A stretch of 64,000 bases of DNA from Lingula anatina (lineage: Eukaryota; Animalia; Brachiopoda): NCBI GenBank assembly GCA_051362555.1, contig CM120642.1, positions 7,316,001 to 7,380,000 on the forward strand. Direction: 5' to 3'. The position numbers and the translations under genes were made by a program. Below are positions 9,991-24,892 of the stretch, piece by piece. The notes under the pieces are model-generated. The model was not told the origin of the DNA, searched no databases, and saw only the letters and a list, made by a program, of their open reading frames with translations. Position 1 is the first letter of the stretch, and each line of letters opens with the position of its first letter.

Positions 9991-12900
9991 GCAAAACCTT
10001 CACATTATTTTCAAATTTTCGTGATCATTTAGAAAACCATCCACAATGTCTTCATTGTTGTTGTCATTATAACGAGTGCATCATTGCGTCATCATTTTAT
10101 TTGTAAATCCATCATTGATATCTCTCTCATTTTCACTCAGTTTATTTTCATTTGCATTTTAAGGTATTTGTTGACGCGTAGGGTTTTCCATATACATGTA
10201 AAAGTGGTGTTAAGAAAGTGAGCCGCTTTGCAGCTTCTGAGCAAATTATCAGAAGCACCAGCACGGAACCAAATGTAATAGAAACGCAAAATTCAAAATG
10301 ATTTTTACAATTCTTCATTTATCAAAAAAATCTATATTTGGACATTCGAAAATGTTCCATTTGCATTAAATGCATGAACGTGAACATTTCTTGATACATA
10401 AATATTTAAGAATAACGGTCCCGCTGGTAATGATTTATTCAGTGTCTGTGCTGTGAGTTTGAAACAAAGGTGGGCTTATTCATCAAAAATGCATTATTTT
10501 AGCTTTCAAATTAAGCAGCACCATACTTCCGCTGTTCCCATCCGCTTTTCCTCATTCAAAAAATGATAAAAGACCTTTCTTTTTTTTTATCTTATTATCA
10601 GATCGCTGAAACAGTGGAACAGAAAAATTAAAGGAATCATTTCCTTCCCGATTACCAAAGCGGTGAGAAGTTTCTGAATTTTCAAAAGAAACATCTGCAG
10701 TATAACAGTGCTCTGAGGTGCATGTGTCTGTCCTTCATATGATACACTTTATTTTTTAACCCCATCCAAAGTTAACAAAAGAGATAAAAATGTTACGAAT
10801 ATGCCTAAATGAACAGACAGTGGGCAAGTTCTAGAATAGGCGTATCAACAAAATCATTCTATTTTGCAGTGCGCAAACATCAACGTGCATTCACGTTTAA
10901 AAGTACTCGCGCCCTGTTGGCGGAAACTTCTTGACATTGACTTTTGGCTGCAGAGTCATTATTCCAAATATATTATCATTATTATCTTTGTGCCTTTTTT
11001 TTTATTTCACTTTATTTTTTATTCATAATTGTTTGTGGTGTGTTTGTATCACTTTTTCGACTTTGTTCAGACCATTCAGCCATAATCGATTAGTTGTGAG
11101 GGACGCGGTGGCGCCCCTTAGCATGTCCCCCCCCCCCCCCCCCCCCCCCCCCCCAAGATGTCGCGCGCCTCTCGTAACACTTGTTTCGTGAGACTACAAA
11201 AGGTTTGAAGTTTATAATAAATAAGCAATATTTAGATAAGATATGTAGAACTGGGTGGACCGGTGGAGGGGGGGGGGGGGGTAGTTAGGCAATTCGGACC
11301 AAAGAACTTAAGCAGTAGGAATAAAGCTGTTTGGAAATCCACGACTCTTGCTCCTTGCTTCTTCTCAATCGGTGAATATAAAATCGAACCCTACACCATA
11401 TCTGTCGTCACAAGGAACCCGTATGTGCAGTTGCAGGAGAGAGTTAAAACATTTGTCACTGATTTGTCTAGGATAAGACCTGCACATATATTATTGTATG
11501 AATCGGTATGGGGCAGGTTTTCAATAGATAAGCGAGCAATTCGTTAAAAGGGCTTAAAATATTATATGAATATTTCATGAACATTTCTTAAAATAATGCT
11601 TCGAAGCTGATAAAAAGAAAGCAGTAGACGTAGAACATCAAACGCATGAAGTTATCTTATGATGCATTTCGACAATGATCCTAAACAAAGCTATTGAGAA
11701 TATTCGTGTTGGAATGTATTTCATACAGCTTCAATTCCATCTATACTTTTGTAACGGGTCGTAGGGGTGAATTACAAACATAATTGTATGTCTCGAATAT
11801 CACAACTCCTCACGTGAAAATTACCCTCCATGGATAATAACCGCACCATAAACAACCTGTATAGTTTATATTATGGTTTTGCGACCTCTATCTAAGAGAG
11901 TGAACAAAGACACCACAGACCCTATTCACTTTATAAATTTAATTATCGTTAATCTTGAAAAATCTTGTGCGATTTTTTATTTATAGCGAAAACTTATGAT
12001 CAATGCCTGACATAAATCAATGTTCGCGCAAGTAGAACAAAATTTCCGGTTTCAAAATGTCGGCGGCTGCCTTGGTTTCAATTGGTATTCTAAAAAAATT
12101 GAAACGACGCAGGTGTAAACTTGTCGTCATGAAATACCATCATAAAGCTATAAGTGTCGCAGTTGTTCAGCTGGGAAAATGAAACACATTACTCTAAGCC
12201 TCTTCGGAAGGAATTTAATCTTCTACAGTTAATGGCATTCCTTTGTCATTTTTCCCTGCTTATTATAGAGAGCTGGTATTGGGATAATGATACACGGTTG
12301 TCCTTATTGGAAAAGTCAAAATAACCCAATAGAAATGCATACCCAAATATTGGTACCTTGGCTTCTGGCCAAATGTGATTAAAAAATCTTACTTGGGAGG
12401 TATTATTCACCCACATGTATGTACAGGGGCAGGTTCACAAAATATTGGTCCTAACTTATTTGTTAAGGTGTTTGTGACACGTTCGAAAGCCATTTACTCA
12501 GTGCTTCTGTAGCCAGCCAAACTTTGCTTAGATGCTACTTCTGATGAAAAGAAATAAAAGCAAGATCAGACTGGCAGTTAATTCATCTGAGATCAAAAAT
12601 CTACATAAGATATTCTCATAGAAACTCGTTTTTTAGTACAACTCGAATTTCAATGATAATTTAAAAGGTTATGGAAATTTCACAGAAGTAAAAGAAGATA
12701 TCTTCCAATAAACACGTTTGGGGTTTAACACAAATAATAAGTGATAAATAAGATATACAGAAGAGACTAAAGTAGTGCGGCATACGGTATAATTGCTTAA
12801 GCACGGAAACGGTTTAAAGGTTAAGTCTTGGCGAACTCTTTATATTCTATAACATCTAAAAACAAAAACATAGCGGATGCAATACAGAGAACCCCATAGG

Positions 12901-13803
12901 ACACCGCCCCTTTAGGTCTGTATTGATTTCTCATTGGCAGCACAATCCAAAACATTCATTATTGAAGACAATTCCGCATATGCTACTACGGAAATCATCA
13001 TGGAAATAAAATACTCCAGGTGGTAAAACGTGTCCTTTTTTCGATAAATGCGGCATATATACTGTTACCTTTTGTAGAACTTGATGAGGAAATTATTAAT
13101 TTCTGTCATAATGTTGGGCCAGTCATTAGCAATAAAATCGCAGCATTTATATGTCTCAACATTTTACTGCAGTCGACAAGAAAAAGAGGAAAATACTTGC
13201 ATGTGAAAAAAAGTAATAAATAAATAAATACACCAAAAGACAATAAAACAGACATATTAATAAATAAATAATTAACACCAACGACAGTACAAAAAGGTAT
13301 AATGGCAAATATAAGGAAGACGAATGTCAAAGTCGTTAAAGTCCCATCAAAAATAAACACGCTGGACAAGGGCCACTGGGGGGCGACAGAATCGATAAAT
13401 TGAATAACACTGACATGCATTTTGGGACTTGAAATCCGTTGAACCATGGCATCAATCATCGTCTCTGTGTGTTCTACAAGGTTATTCGATTTGGTTTAAA
13501 GACGATATCTGGACCTCTGGGATGTGTCAACCTTGTGCATCGCCGGGTGAAACCTCATTAAACTTGGACTTAGATCGTGTCGATGTTCTGTCTGATATCT
13601 CTAGAGAATATGGTACGTTTAAGCTCGTGTTTATTCTTCAACAACACCTGCAGTATTTTGGAGGATCCCACAGCTAATATGACCGCTGTATGAAGTGATA
13701 TCTAATGACCTTCAAACGACCCTTGGCAACGTAACAACTTAATCACAAAGCCAACTTTTTAATGTAACTACTTCTTTTCCGGGCTACGTTTTCGATTTTC
13801 CGA

Positions 13804-13842
<39 letters not shown>

Positions 13843-16800
13843 ACTAAAATCCATCGTTTTGATCTCCAACCATCGCACAGACGTTCATGTAAACGTGCAT
13901 ATCATCAAGGACAAATAAGAATAAGTCACCAGGGGAATAGGTAGAAAATGATTAGATTTGATTTAGTATATTGACAACAAGACTTACTAAAACGTAAAAA
14001 AGATAAACGGTTTGTTCTTCGATATCTTCGAGATCGTTTTTGAGATTGGCTGATTTTACAATTTATGCCTGTTTTTATGAATCTGTTCAATAGCGACTTT
14101 GTCCCGTTTTTTAGCATTTAACTGTAATAGTTCAAATTGACTGTCCTGTTTTTTTTTTTCATGGACTTGGCATGACATGATCGACAATCATTTGACCCTT
14201 TCGACCTTGAGAATTGGTGACGTCAGTGGTACCATGGCTCAGTTAATGCATCTCTTCTGCCGGTGAGGGTTACGATGCCTTGAAGCTTTGATGTCTATGA
14301 TATCCAGTTACTTTAACAATAATCAAAGCGTGTTACACATCCCCTTTAGACGTTTGTGGGCACGAATGCGTAAAATGATCTCACGATCTGCAGACACCAG
14401 TGTACGTAATAGAGTATAAAATCGCTTGTCAACCCGTGATTGATGATTGCGCTTGAATCAAAGAACAAATATAGATATGCATTTGTTACTGTAAAAAAAC
14501 CGTCCTGTTCCATTAGGTCGAATAGCAGTAATGCTGCCAAACGTAACATGCAATATGTTAACTTGCCTCAGTTAGATATTATACTGAGGGATCTGGGATA
14601 TCAAGATACGTTTAAAACAGGCAGCCAAACTTACCCTTTCTGTACACGGGAATTATCTTTAAAAGGTGATGGAAATTTAAAAAATCATTCGAATGCATAC
14701 GAGGGTTAACATGCAAAAAGTTAACATGTGTTACCTGCACATCTGGTGTTGCACTGACGTAGTAAGAATATCAAGGAGATATTCATTTCAATATTCGGAA
14801 ATCGTCTGTAAAAAGTTGTAAAAATTTAAAAAGCATTTGAATACATGCAATGTGAAAGATGAAGATATGTGCGTCATATTTGAAAGATCTAGGTTTTGTC
14901 TTACATGTTTCCGAGATACCAGAAGGACTGATATTTCGAAACATTTTTTTAAAGACGTGACACTTTTTAAGGTACAGGAATACGTGACACCTAAATCTGA
15001 CTGCATTGGTGTGCACCCTGTGGGGTCATACCCGAGAGACGGGGACGGTGCATAGGAATTCCTTTTTAAAAGATAAATATGCTCGACCAAGTCTTATTTT
15101 CTTGAGGGTCATGTGTGATCTGGACAAGCCAAATCAAGCCCGGTGTTTAAACTGCAAAACATGGCTGAAGTCTTTGATGTCTCAGAAGATTCATGATTCA
15201 AACAAATTTATGCTATATGCACAGATTCTCAATGGTGTGAGGTAGTTGGAACTTATTGCAGTGTGCTTTTGAATAGTGCTTTTATTGGATGAATGATATG
15301 AGTTAAACATGAAATATTGAAAACGCTACATTAATCCGATAAACGAATAAACCGTCGCTCACATTCATTTTCTGTGAATGATCTAAATTTTGCATTCCGA
15401 AGGCTTTCATCTTAATCTATACACGTTTGCTCTGTAAAGCGTCTATTCAAAAGACTCAATCACCATAAAATATGAGATGCTGAAAACAAACAATAGGCAC
15501 TTATAGAAATCGAGTTACATAAAAAAGCTTTTACTTTGGCATCATTTTCACCAGCCTTGCAGTGTAGCGTATAAATCGGGTAATCGTATGGGTAAGCAAA
15601 TGGCGGAACCGGAGGGGGAGAGAAGGGAGGGAAGGGCTCCCCTTACCTTCGGTGAAACACCATACTTCCCAGGATTTCCCTCCTCAAACACTGAAACGAG
15701 ACAAACCCTAGCAATTCTCAGCTCTGTGCAATATACATGTATACTGTAGTAAAATTATCTTCGTCTGCTTTTTGTATTTGCTCCATTTTATCGATGTTCC
15801 AACACCCCCTTAATAAAATCCTTAAAAATGTTAATGCAAGGTTTCATGCACTAATTTATCTAAAATGCTCCAAACTGACTTAAATTTCTTTTATCATTTT
15901 TTAGCAGCATAGGGTTGTGTAGATCTCCCTATTCTTTCACTTAATTCTATTCATTTATTTATCTCTTTGATGTCCTAGAACTACCAGTGTACACGGACAC
16001 CAATTGTTCAAAGTTGACATTATATTGAACTCGAGTCGAGCCCAGATCAGTAACGGTAATCAGACGAGTAAAAACGCGAGTTAGGTCGATCACCAATATG
16101 AAATATTCCTGTCTGATCGCAGCGTAACGGCAATTTTTAGTTGGTCTTCTTTGGTGCTGCAAAAGGAAGCCAATCTTTGCCATCAGTCCTGTACAGGTCA
16201 GGGGTCGGTTCATTTTCTGGGGACCCGTCTTTGGCAAACTTAATGAAAAATGACATTCTAATAATCAGCTCGATATTCATGCGCTGGTGCACGATTGGTC
16301 TTCCCTTATTCGCGTCCATCACAGAATAACTGTCAGATAATGAAGTTCGTCAGGCAATAAAAGGTTGAACTTTGAAAGGGAAGTCATGACGCTCGAACTT
16401 TTTACAGAGCTGGTCTCTAATTAATGCCTTTGTATGCGTTAAAAATGTTCTGATTTAGAGCCCCGGGAAGTAATGCTCATAAAAGATAAAGTAAAGCTTG
16501 TGATCGATAGGCATTTATGTTTGCATGTCTGTGATTCGTTGGTCAAACTGGGTGCAGTTTAAAGTTCGTTTCTTGGGTGAACGCTAAGGCAACGTATTTG
16601 AAGAACATTTAAAGTTTCGTCGTTGTTGTTGCTTTTGATGGCCATGTTGAGATTCAAAATGGTACCAAAATTGCGTCAGACGTAAAATTTGAGTTTTTTT
16701 TTTTTTTTCGAAGCATGAAAGGGTACGTTTCGCTATAAGCATGGGCAGCCATCTTAGATATTTCAAATTGACCTGGGTTGCACTACGGGCAAACGAGCTA

Positions 16801-17485
16801 AAATTGTTCTTCGGCCCCATGAGTCACTGAATAAAGAAAAAAACTTATTAGGTAATACATTTTCTGGCTTCATGAATTGGGGGCATGAAGGTTTCGACTG
16901 AGTTTTTAGAATTTGTGAATATAAAATGACAAAAGAAATAAAAATGTCATTTCAAATTTGTAGATACGCTTAAATGAATCCAATTCATGTTATATAATTA
17001 ATCCCAAATCAATAATAACTGGATAAAAAGCCAGTGCGTGTCTTGCTTTCAATTACTCCGGTGACGCAAACTGCACCTTGGAATAATATGTATTTGAATC
17101 ACAATGACAGAAATCCATTCTAATTACGCAGCAAGAAGTCCTATAGCAAGTGGTAATCAGTGCACCGCACATAAGCACCATGAGCAGGATCACAACAAGT
17201 GGCCACAATCATGCAGACGACTACTGATAAAAGCACGGGGGCTTTATACGACACACTTTCACCGATCTCCTCAGCACCCTGAGTTTCAGCGGAAACTGGG
17301 AACTCTGCTTTTTGCCATGTCTGAATGGCTCTGCCGTCTCCAGTATTTGGTGTATGCTGACAGAAGAGCGATGGTTTTTCAGGCCCTTCTGAAACTCGGG
17401 GCTCTCCTCGTCAACTTCCAGCAGATATTTTCTAAGAAAACAGTTCATCACACCAATGGTAAGCGACAAACACTGAAGGCACAAG

Positions 17486-17514
17486 CAGAGACAGAGACAC
17501 TGAGAGAGAGGGAC

Positions 17515-17545
<31 letters not shown>

Positions 17546-17552
17546 GAGAGAG
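17486..17552. repeat. (AG)n-rich microsatellite
   Basis: Visible GA/AG run with interruptions. Confidence 0.9.
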
Positions 17553-18938
17553 AAACTTTGTCATAAATAAAAATAATCCTGAACCTTTTCAAAGCCTGTC
17601 ATTCCTGTATTCGCCATATGCACATCAGTAGTTCGTTTAGCACAAGATTTGCATTTTTAGTAGACTGAAGACTTTGTGGGCGCAGTTGCCTATGGTGCCC
17701 ATACGAATTGAACAAATCCATAACATCATAGATCCACCTCTTTTCGGTTCAGGAAGTGGCGCCATGGAAACTGACAAAGTGGTTATATCTCAAACAACAT
17801 TCTCCACGCGAGATGGCCACCATAACATAGGAACACGAAAAGCGGAGACAGATCCTCTAGGTTAACTCATACTCAAGCATCTTAGTTTACAGAATAATAA
17901 TAATAAGAAGAAGAAGAAGTAAAAAGAATGCTCCTTACCATAAAGACCTGCAGTGGGTCCCATTAAATACATTTCAATGCACTTGAAATGATATAAATTT
18001 ATATGCACTATACAATTAAATATTCTTAAAATACAATGCTAAAATCATACAATCTACCCGACGATTAACCTTTAAGCTATTAAAATACAAACAAATAATA
18101 ATAATAATAATTTCAACAAAGTGAGTTTTTAAAGACGCATTAATAATAATAATAAGGGAATTTGGAGCATAAACAGCAAGAGGTTTCCGCTATGAGCGAA
18201 AAAAAAATGGCACCGTTCTTGCCAGACGCACGCTCAGGATGAGATATCCTAATTATTCAGTCTAACCTGACTTAATTAAACATGAATATATCCGCCTTGA
18301 CAGCAGCTGAGAGCTTACTGTGGCATAAAATGTCAGGAAAACTGTTTGATCATTCAATCACCATCATTAACAAAGTGATTTCTGTGAAATCAATGCGCAA
18401 CACCAGCTCTCAAGGTTACAAAGACATCTCATTATTCATGTTAGTCCACTTGTTTTTGATCACTACACGGTATACAGTTTTCCAAAGAAATACGAACCCA
18501 TTCATTTGTTATCGACGATCTGCAATAATGTTAGACGACCTTCAATAAATTGACTCTCTCTAGGATTACACTCCCTTAGGTGTATGTTCGTATTGTCACC
18601 TCTTTTTTTTTTTTTTTTTTTTTTCGCAAAGGATGTGAAAAGTACAGATCGTATAAAACGCTTCGTCGCCTAATATAAATATGACATCACCACTATGAAG
18701 CTATATTCAAGTTTTACATAATTTGATGACAGTTCCCAGTTAAAACCAATGTACATCGAGGTTCTTTTTTATGCAAGAAAGCTTCACGGGTGCCATTACC
18801 CATCAGACGGAAAACTGAATGCATCAATGTACACAGCAAAGGGGGGGTGGGGACAGGCATGACAAAATATGGTCAATACACTATATCATTCTGGTTTTCA
18901 GAAATGTATCAGTTTATTTTGGCCTAGAATTTTAGTAA

Positions 18939-19545
18939 GTGGCCAGTCACATGCGAGGTGGATGGGTAAAACCCGGGAAATTTGAACAAAATTTTGAGAC
19001 AGATCTCACGATTTTGCACCCGTCGGAGGCGCTCTCCGGACGCCTACGGGTTGTCGCAGATTTTTTAGACATCGCCACACCCGTCGCGGGCCCCAATTTT
19101 GAACTTAAAATTTTAAGATTGCTCGCAAGATTTTTCACCCAATTTGGGCATCCCAGACACAATCTCCGATGACCTACGATGCCCTCCGATTAATCGGAGG
19201 CGTCCTCCGAATAATCTGAGACTAGTCGAAAGATTCTGTGTGGGATTGGAAAATCAGGTTGAGATTCAATGTCCTTTTCCCCCACATATACCCAGGGGGA
19301 AAAAAATTACAAGAAAAGACGCTCGCAGATATCGTTTCCGATCGCCTCCGATGCAATCGATCAACGAGGCTAATCCCACGATTTTTCGACAAAACCGGGT
19401 CAAAATCCTTGAAAAAATCTCAGACAATGTGACTGCTCCACTTTTATTAGGATTATTGCTAGGATTGTCAAGGATTCTTTATTTTCTACGACGACCCCTG
19501 GCCAAAACTAATCCCCGACAGATCGCCGACATTGTGACTGGGCCA
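18939..19545. mobile_element. Probable non-autonomous PIF/Harbinger-type DNA transposon
   Basis: Imperfect TIRs TGGCCAGTCACA ... TGTGACTGGGCCA flanked by TAA/TTA. The CpG-rich interior with repeated CGATT/AATCG motifs contrasts with the flanks. Confidence 0.5.
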
Positions 19546-19893
19546 TTAGTGACACCAATGATCCTGTGCGGCGAAATAGGTATATGGCCTCTTGTGTGAA
19601 GGCATTAAAAAGTAACTAATATCTGAAGGTGTTTTACCTATTGGGATAAAACAGTGACTATGGGCTGCGACTCCAGGGTCGAAGAGCCATGCCCCATAGG
19701 GAAGAACGCGTTTAGTAATATATTGTCAGAAACAATTTGCCATTTTACCAAAGATCCAGTGATCTTAATGTCCCGTCGAGCAGACACGCATTGATCGTAC
19801 ATTCACACTGGATCGTTAAAACTGACTATCTGCTATTATTCCTAATGGGTGTCAAAGAGGGTTTTTAATGCCAGGGACGATCAAGAGCTATGC

Positions 19894-20195
19894 TGTGACG
19901 ACCTGGCCTGTCGGACACGTCTGGCTCTTTTTTGTCGGACATATCTGGCCTTTTCTAATCGTAGAACCCGATACGCCCGAAAGGCCAGATATGTCCTACG
20001 ATCAGAAAAGGCCAGATATGTCCGACAAAAAAGTGCCAGATGTGTCCGACAGGCCAGATATGTCGGATACAACTGGCTCTTTTTTGTCGGACATATCTGG
20101 CCTGTCGGACACATATGGCTCTTTTTTGTCGGACATATCTGGCCTGTTCTCTGGTCGTAGGACATATCGGTCGTAGGACATATCGGGTCGTCACA
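19894..20195. mobile_element. TGT...ACA-terminated non-autonomous element built from ~18-24 bp internal repeats (Ginger-like)
   Basis: TIR TGTGACGACC / GGTCGTCACA. The interior is made of TGTCGGACATATCTGGC(C/T) units in both orientations. No clean TSD. Confidence 0.6.
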
Positions 20196-20856
20196 CTTGC
20201 TCACTAAGGTACTTTGCCTTCCGTTGAAGAAAAAAGATGAATAAAATGTTAACCGCTCATGTGGCAGATTTTTTTTTTTTGTCTTGTTTCACAGATCGAC
20301 ATCGTTGTCCTTGATTGAATGATGCGCGGATATTGCATAAATAATCGAATTACGTAACGACTGATCAACCTTCAAACATTTTGACCGGTGCTGTCAAATG
20401 TATGGTACTCATGAAAAATTGCCATAAAATGGTTTGGGGCACGTTATGACTATGATATCAACTAACGACAGCCTTGGTTTTATAATATATATAAAAACTA
20501 AACAATATGATAATTAAAATAAAATCTCACACTAATGGGATTTCCTATTTATCTTTATAAAGCGACTGGATAGTTTTAAACATGTATATGTGCTATTTAA
20601 TCGGGTTATCCATTGTCGCATTGATGAATCCCTTGTTCACCTTCATCTGACTGTGTGTCCAAGCTCGCCGTCTTGCATTATTGTACCATCCTGTGACAAA
20701 CCTGAAGCTTTAGGGAGCGTGATTAATTTTCTGCAGAGATTCAGCACGCATCACTTCTTTATCGATCTGCGATAAAATGAACAAAGACTGGCTTACGATA
20801 AAGCTCGTCTTGGTCGCCAGACTCGTAAGCGACCTTGGCCGATCCGGCAACGATAA

Positions 20857-21092
20857 GGGACCATTCCCACAGATATTTGGGTCGATCTATCTACCTGGGG
20901 AGTCTCATTTAAGTGCTATCAAACTAACCGGCTTAAACGTCTGTCACGCCTAGTAAAGCTGGTATCTTTACCCCTAGCTGATTCGGTAGCCGTGACAGAC
21001 ATTTAAGCCTCTTGAGCTGATAGCAATTTAGCGTGAACCCCCAGGGAGTTAGGTCGATTCAGATAGATCGAGCTAAGTATGGGAACCCAGTC
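20857..21092 (-). mobile_element. PIF/Harbinger (Tourist-like) MITE, family A, older diverged subfamily
   Basis: TAA...TAA 3-bp TSD. Imperfect TIRs GGGACCATTCCC / GGGAACCCAGTC. Interior is homologous to 22035-22260 in reverse. Confidence 0.75.
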
Positions 21093-22034
21093 TAAGTTTC
21101 CATGGTTTGTTCAGTATTTTAAAGGTAAAGGTGGCAAATACATTATTGACGTAAATCATTACTGCTGATCTCCATGTGAATTTTAATAGTCTTACCTTTA
21201 TTGAGCGTGCCTACCGTACATTTTGCATTCATTCAGTATACATTATAGATATTATTTTTGCGATGGTTTATTTGCTTGGCCCAACCAAATGCTTAGCCAT
21301 TTTTTGTGTATGTGTTTTGGCAAATTATTGTGAATATGTACTTAAAATATGCATTTAAAATTTAAATTACAATATTTGGGTTCAAAAATCTGAGCTTTTT
21401 AGTAACGTATGGAATGTGGAAGGCGATTCAGACCAGACCAAGATATTATTAAAATAACAGACCATAGTGCCTTAAATGACAAATCAAATTAATATGGTTA
21501 AATATCATATTAATCAAGAACAGCACTCCAAAATGACAACTGCCACTTCATAAAAACTAACGAGCTGTGATGCATGTTTTCCAATATGTCATTAACGTTT
21601 CAGAATCGTGTGATCTACACGTAAAATGTGCCTGTTAATAAGTAAGCTGGGTAGAGTAACGGGGAGAATTATTCATTTACAACAATTACTTGACAAGACG
21701 TCTGTCAAATCAATACTCATAATGATGGCAGATATTGTAATAAACACGAAGTGCAGCTGAATACGATCCAGTATTCCTATATACCAAAAGAGTGCCAAAT
21801 GACAAATGACTTTGATAGAAACAAGCATGGGAGATATCGTTTTTATCAACATTCCCTAAAAGTACAGCCTGTAGCAAACCAAAGATGTGAGACGCCAAAA
21901 GAATAAATCAATCTTCCAAATACATTCCCAATATGAATGGTCTGCATACAGAATCTGGGATAAAGACTTAACGTTCCAGCGACGTTTTACAACATTTCAG
22001 AAAGGCAAAGGAAACCTATACCTCAGAAAACTAA

Positions 22035-22260
22035 GGGTGCTTTCCCAGAGATTTAGATCGATCTAAAGATTAAGATTTAGATCGACCTAACTCCCTGGGG
22101 GTTCACGCTAAATTGCAGTCAGCCGAGCGGGCACCATAGTTAATTACCCCCTGACAGCTTTTAGTAGGCGGGACAGACGCTTAAGCCGACCAAGCTGACA
22201 GTAATCTAGTGAGACTCCCCACAGGGATAGATCGATCTAAAAATCTATGGAAATGGGGTG
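22035..22260 (+). mobile_element. PIF/Harbinger (Tourist-like) MITE, family A
   Basis: TAA/TAA TSD and TIRs containing TTTAGATCGATCTA. Nearly identical to 44572-44797 (both 226 bp). Confidence 0.85.
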
Positions 22261-22698
22261 TAAGTCGTAATGTTACGGAAACAATTACCTTTCTGGACAA
22301 AACGTGATTTCAGACAGTTCGGTACATTTATATTTCTGTCCCCATTTATCGCAGAAAAATACCTTACTCACTAGTATTTTTGAAATCGAAACTATATCGA
22401 CTTTCTGAAACAAAAGCACAATTAAGTGTTCGCGTGTTCCGACTAAGAGGTTTTCATGTGTTTTTGCAACGCAATACTAAGCTTAAGTGGTAGTAAATTA
22501 ATTTCTTTGACAGAGCTTCAAGTTATCAAAAACAATACCATGGATAAATTCGTGACACTGACGAATACAAGAAATTGCTAAGAAGGCACAAGGATATAAA
22601 AATAGATATGACATTAACTATAGTTAACATGGGCAATTCTACTGTTATATATCGTACAGAGTGATTGGACACTTTCATAGCTTTTGTCTCTCTTCGCT

Positions 22699-22767
22699 TA
22701 TTATATTATATTATATTATATTATATTATATTATATTATATTATATTATATTATATTATATTATATT
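22699..22767. repeat. (TATTA)n pentanucleotide microsatellite
   Basis: Perfect run of about 14 units; explains the YYIIL repeat ORF. Confidence 0.95.
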
Positions 22768-24892
22768 GTTTTTTGGGTGGAGGAAGACTGGAGAGGTGGT
22801 TGAAGGAGGTGGGTGAAGCACGATACTCTTTGTGGCTGGATCCTCCATTGGAAAACCATAACAGTTACACACCAGAAGGCGAAGTCACCATATCAACATT
22901 CCTGCTGTAGTGTATCAATACATAGAAACACAAGGCATATTAGATTTTCAGTTTAATCCCATGCTTCTTAAATATGTTTCTTGAAATAACAAGAAACTCC
23001 AAGGACACCATCAATGCAACAACTTTGGCGTTGTTCAACCCTCTCAAAGTCCTTAAATTTATGCCGGTTTCCTAGTAACCATAACCTTATCAGATTTCTG
23101 AAATAGTGCCACTGGTATGGGTGTGTGCAAGTTACAGTTTTGAGTTGCAGTCGGAATCGACTATCTGAGTTAAAGAGCTTTTTTGTAACAGAGAAAATGA
23201 AACATATTTGATTTCTGAAAACCTCTTACATGACTTACATGTACTAGCAGCGTTCTTGACTCGCCTCGTGTTCGTTAACAAGTCCATGACAAGTAACTGT
23301 CTACATTAACACAGTGCAGAAACCAATAAATTGTCATATTTTTGTCAGAGTGTATCTAAGATATCCTATTCATGATCTACCCGCCAAATCGAATTTTCCT
23401 TGAAAAAAATTCTTCTATTCAAGGTTCATTGCTCAACCATTCCCAACTTGCACTTTAATTCGACGTTTTATGCGATTTCAAAGTAACTCATTTAGTTCTA
23501 AATGAATGACCAGACATAAGTCGGACTTGTCTGAGTGTTCTTTTCAAAGGAAACAACGAGATCTGGTATTTTTATTTAAGGGTTTTTATGTCTTTTTTAA
23601 GGGTCTGAATTGGGCGGGATAGCCTTTAAAGGAGAGTCTATGTAGACATGTACATTTTCAAACGCGGAGAATATACCGTTAAGTTACGATGCTATGTTTA
23701 ATACGATTAAATATCTTGACTCGTTTTGGCAATAGATATGTATGTCTGGCTAAATTCGTGACAGCTACATGTACATGTATATTGTTAACTTAAACTGAAA
23801 TAAATACAATTCGAGTAATATTAATATGCAAAATTATAACAATAATTATAATAAATGAATAAATTAACCAAATGAAATCCATCATTACCAAAGTAAAATC
23901 CATAACGCCGTGCCCAATAAGGGCCTTTCCAGTTCTAAAGCAATATGTATTATTTATGTGCGCTTTTTCCATTTGCAAGCCCGGATTGAGCGAGTGGGCG
24001 TTGTTGTATGGTACGTTGAATAGTGATGAATGGTACCTAATCAAAGCTCAGATTGGCTGTATTCGCAGTAATAAAGCACATTGTATGCGTTTTGCAAGAA
24101 GTAGTGTTGGGGGAGGGGAGGAGGGGGAGTTCTTTTTCGTTTCTGATACTTATCCAACTAATCTTTTATGTTGGTACATTGAATCCCTTCATTGCAAAAA
24201 TTAAAGAAGTGATGGTACTTACAGCGTAGAGGAATTTCTTTAAAGACATCTTAAAATATTGATATGTTTTGGCTGCCATAGTCAGATATACCAGCTTTCA
24301 CGTCCCGAATTTCAAGGATTACTAGAAACTAATCTCTTTCATCAGCGTACCATAGCCGTTACTGAGGCGGCTGAGAGACATGCCTGTAATAAAGGGGTTT
24401 GACGACTCTCTCTGTCCCCTGACTGCAAGTTTTATCATTAGGTCTCTGACGTGATGTTCTGGTTTCAGTCTTTATTTCGTGAGATAGAAAACTTCAACTC
24501 GTCCTAGCTTTGCAAGGTGCGCTGACAAAACACACGTGGTCGGAGGGTCATCTCTGAATCGTGTTATTTTGATAAAGTGTATTTTAACCAGGGGATGAGC
24601 CCCCTCATAGGAAAACATAATGAGCTTTCATTCTCGCTAACTCAGTAGATGAGCTTGTACCATGTTGTCTGCGCTGGGCGATACGGAAACCCTTTCATCC
24701 GTTGATGACACAGTATACTATAACGACCAGCTAAAATAAAGTAACATCAACATTACCAGAATAACTTAATGATCCATATACCTAATTGCTAGATGAGTTG
24801 ATGACAAATCGATTTAAACACCCTTGAGATCGTTCTGTCTAGGCCAAAGGTACTTTGAAACATCCTCAGTGTTATGCCAGACCGAGGCCCGG

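Noticed and set aside
11127-11281. Poly-C and poly-G runs (also A-run ~13806, T-run ~36254, G-run ~53510) as structured elements or retrocopy tails
   Set aside because: No associated TSDs or element bodies identified; homopolymer lengths are also error-prone.
14218-14225. CRE palindrome TGACGTCA (also at 43313 and in some array units) as cAMP feedback sites
   Set aside because: An 8-mer is expected by chance at about this frequency, and none lies in the inferred promoter.
16137-17631. Possible coding exons (16137-16322 -, 17221-17430 -, 175-aa + ORF at 17104)
   Set aside because: Acceptor-like sites exist, but there is no recognisable domain or consistent exon chain, and the ORFs run through an (AG)n microsatellite.
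20640-20767. Minus-strand exon-like segment with acceptor and donor
   Set aside because: Stops in all three frames; at most a non-coding exon, unsupported without RNA data.
24295-24352. Second hammerhead-like CTGATGA...GAAA on the minus strand
   Set aside because: Stem II is plausible but stem I/III and the NUH site cannot be formed.
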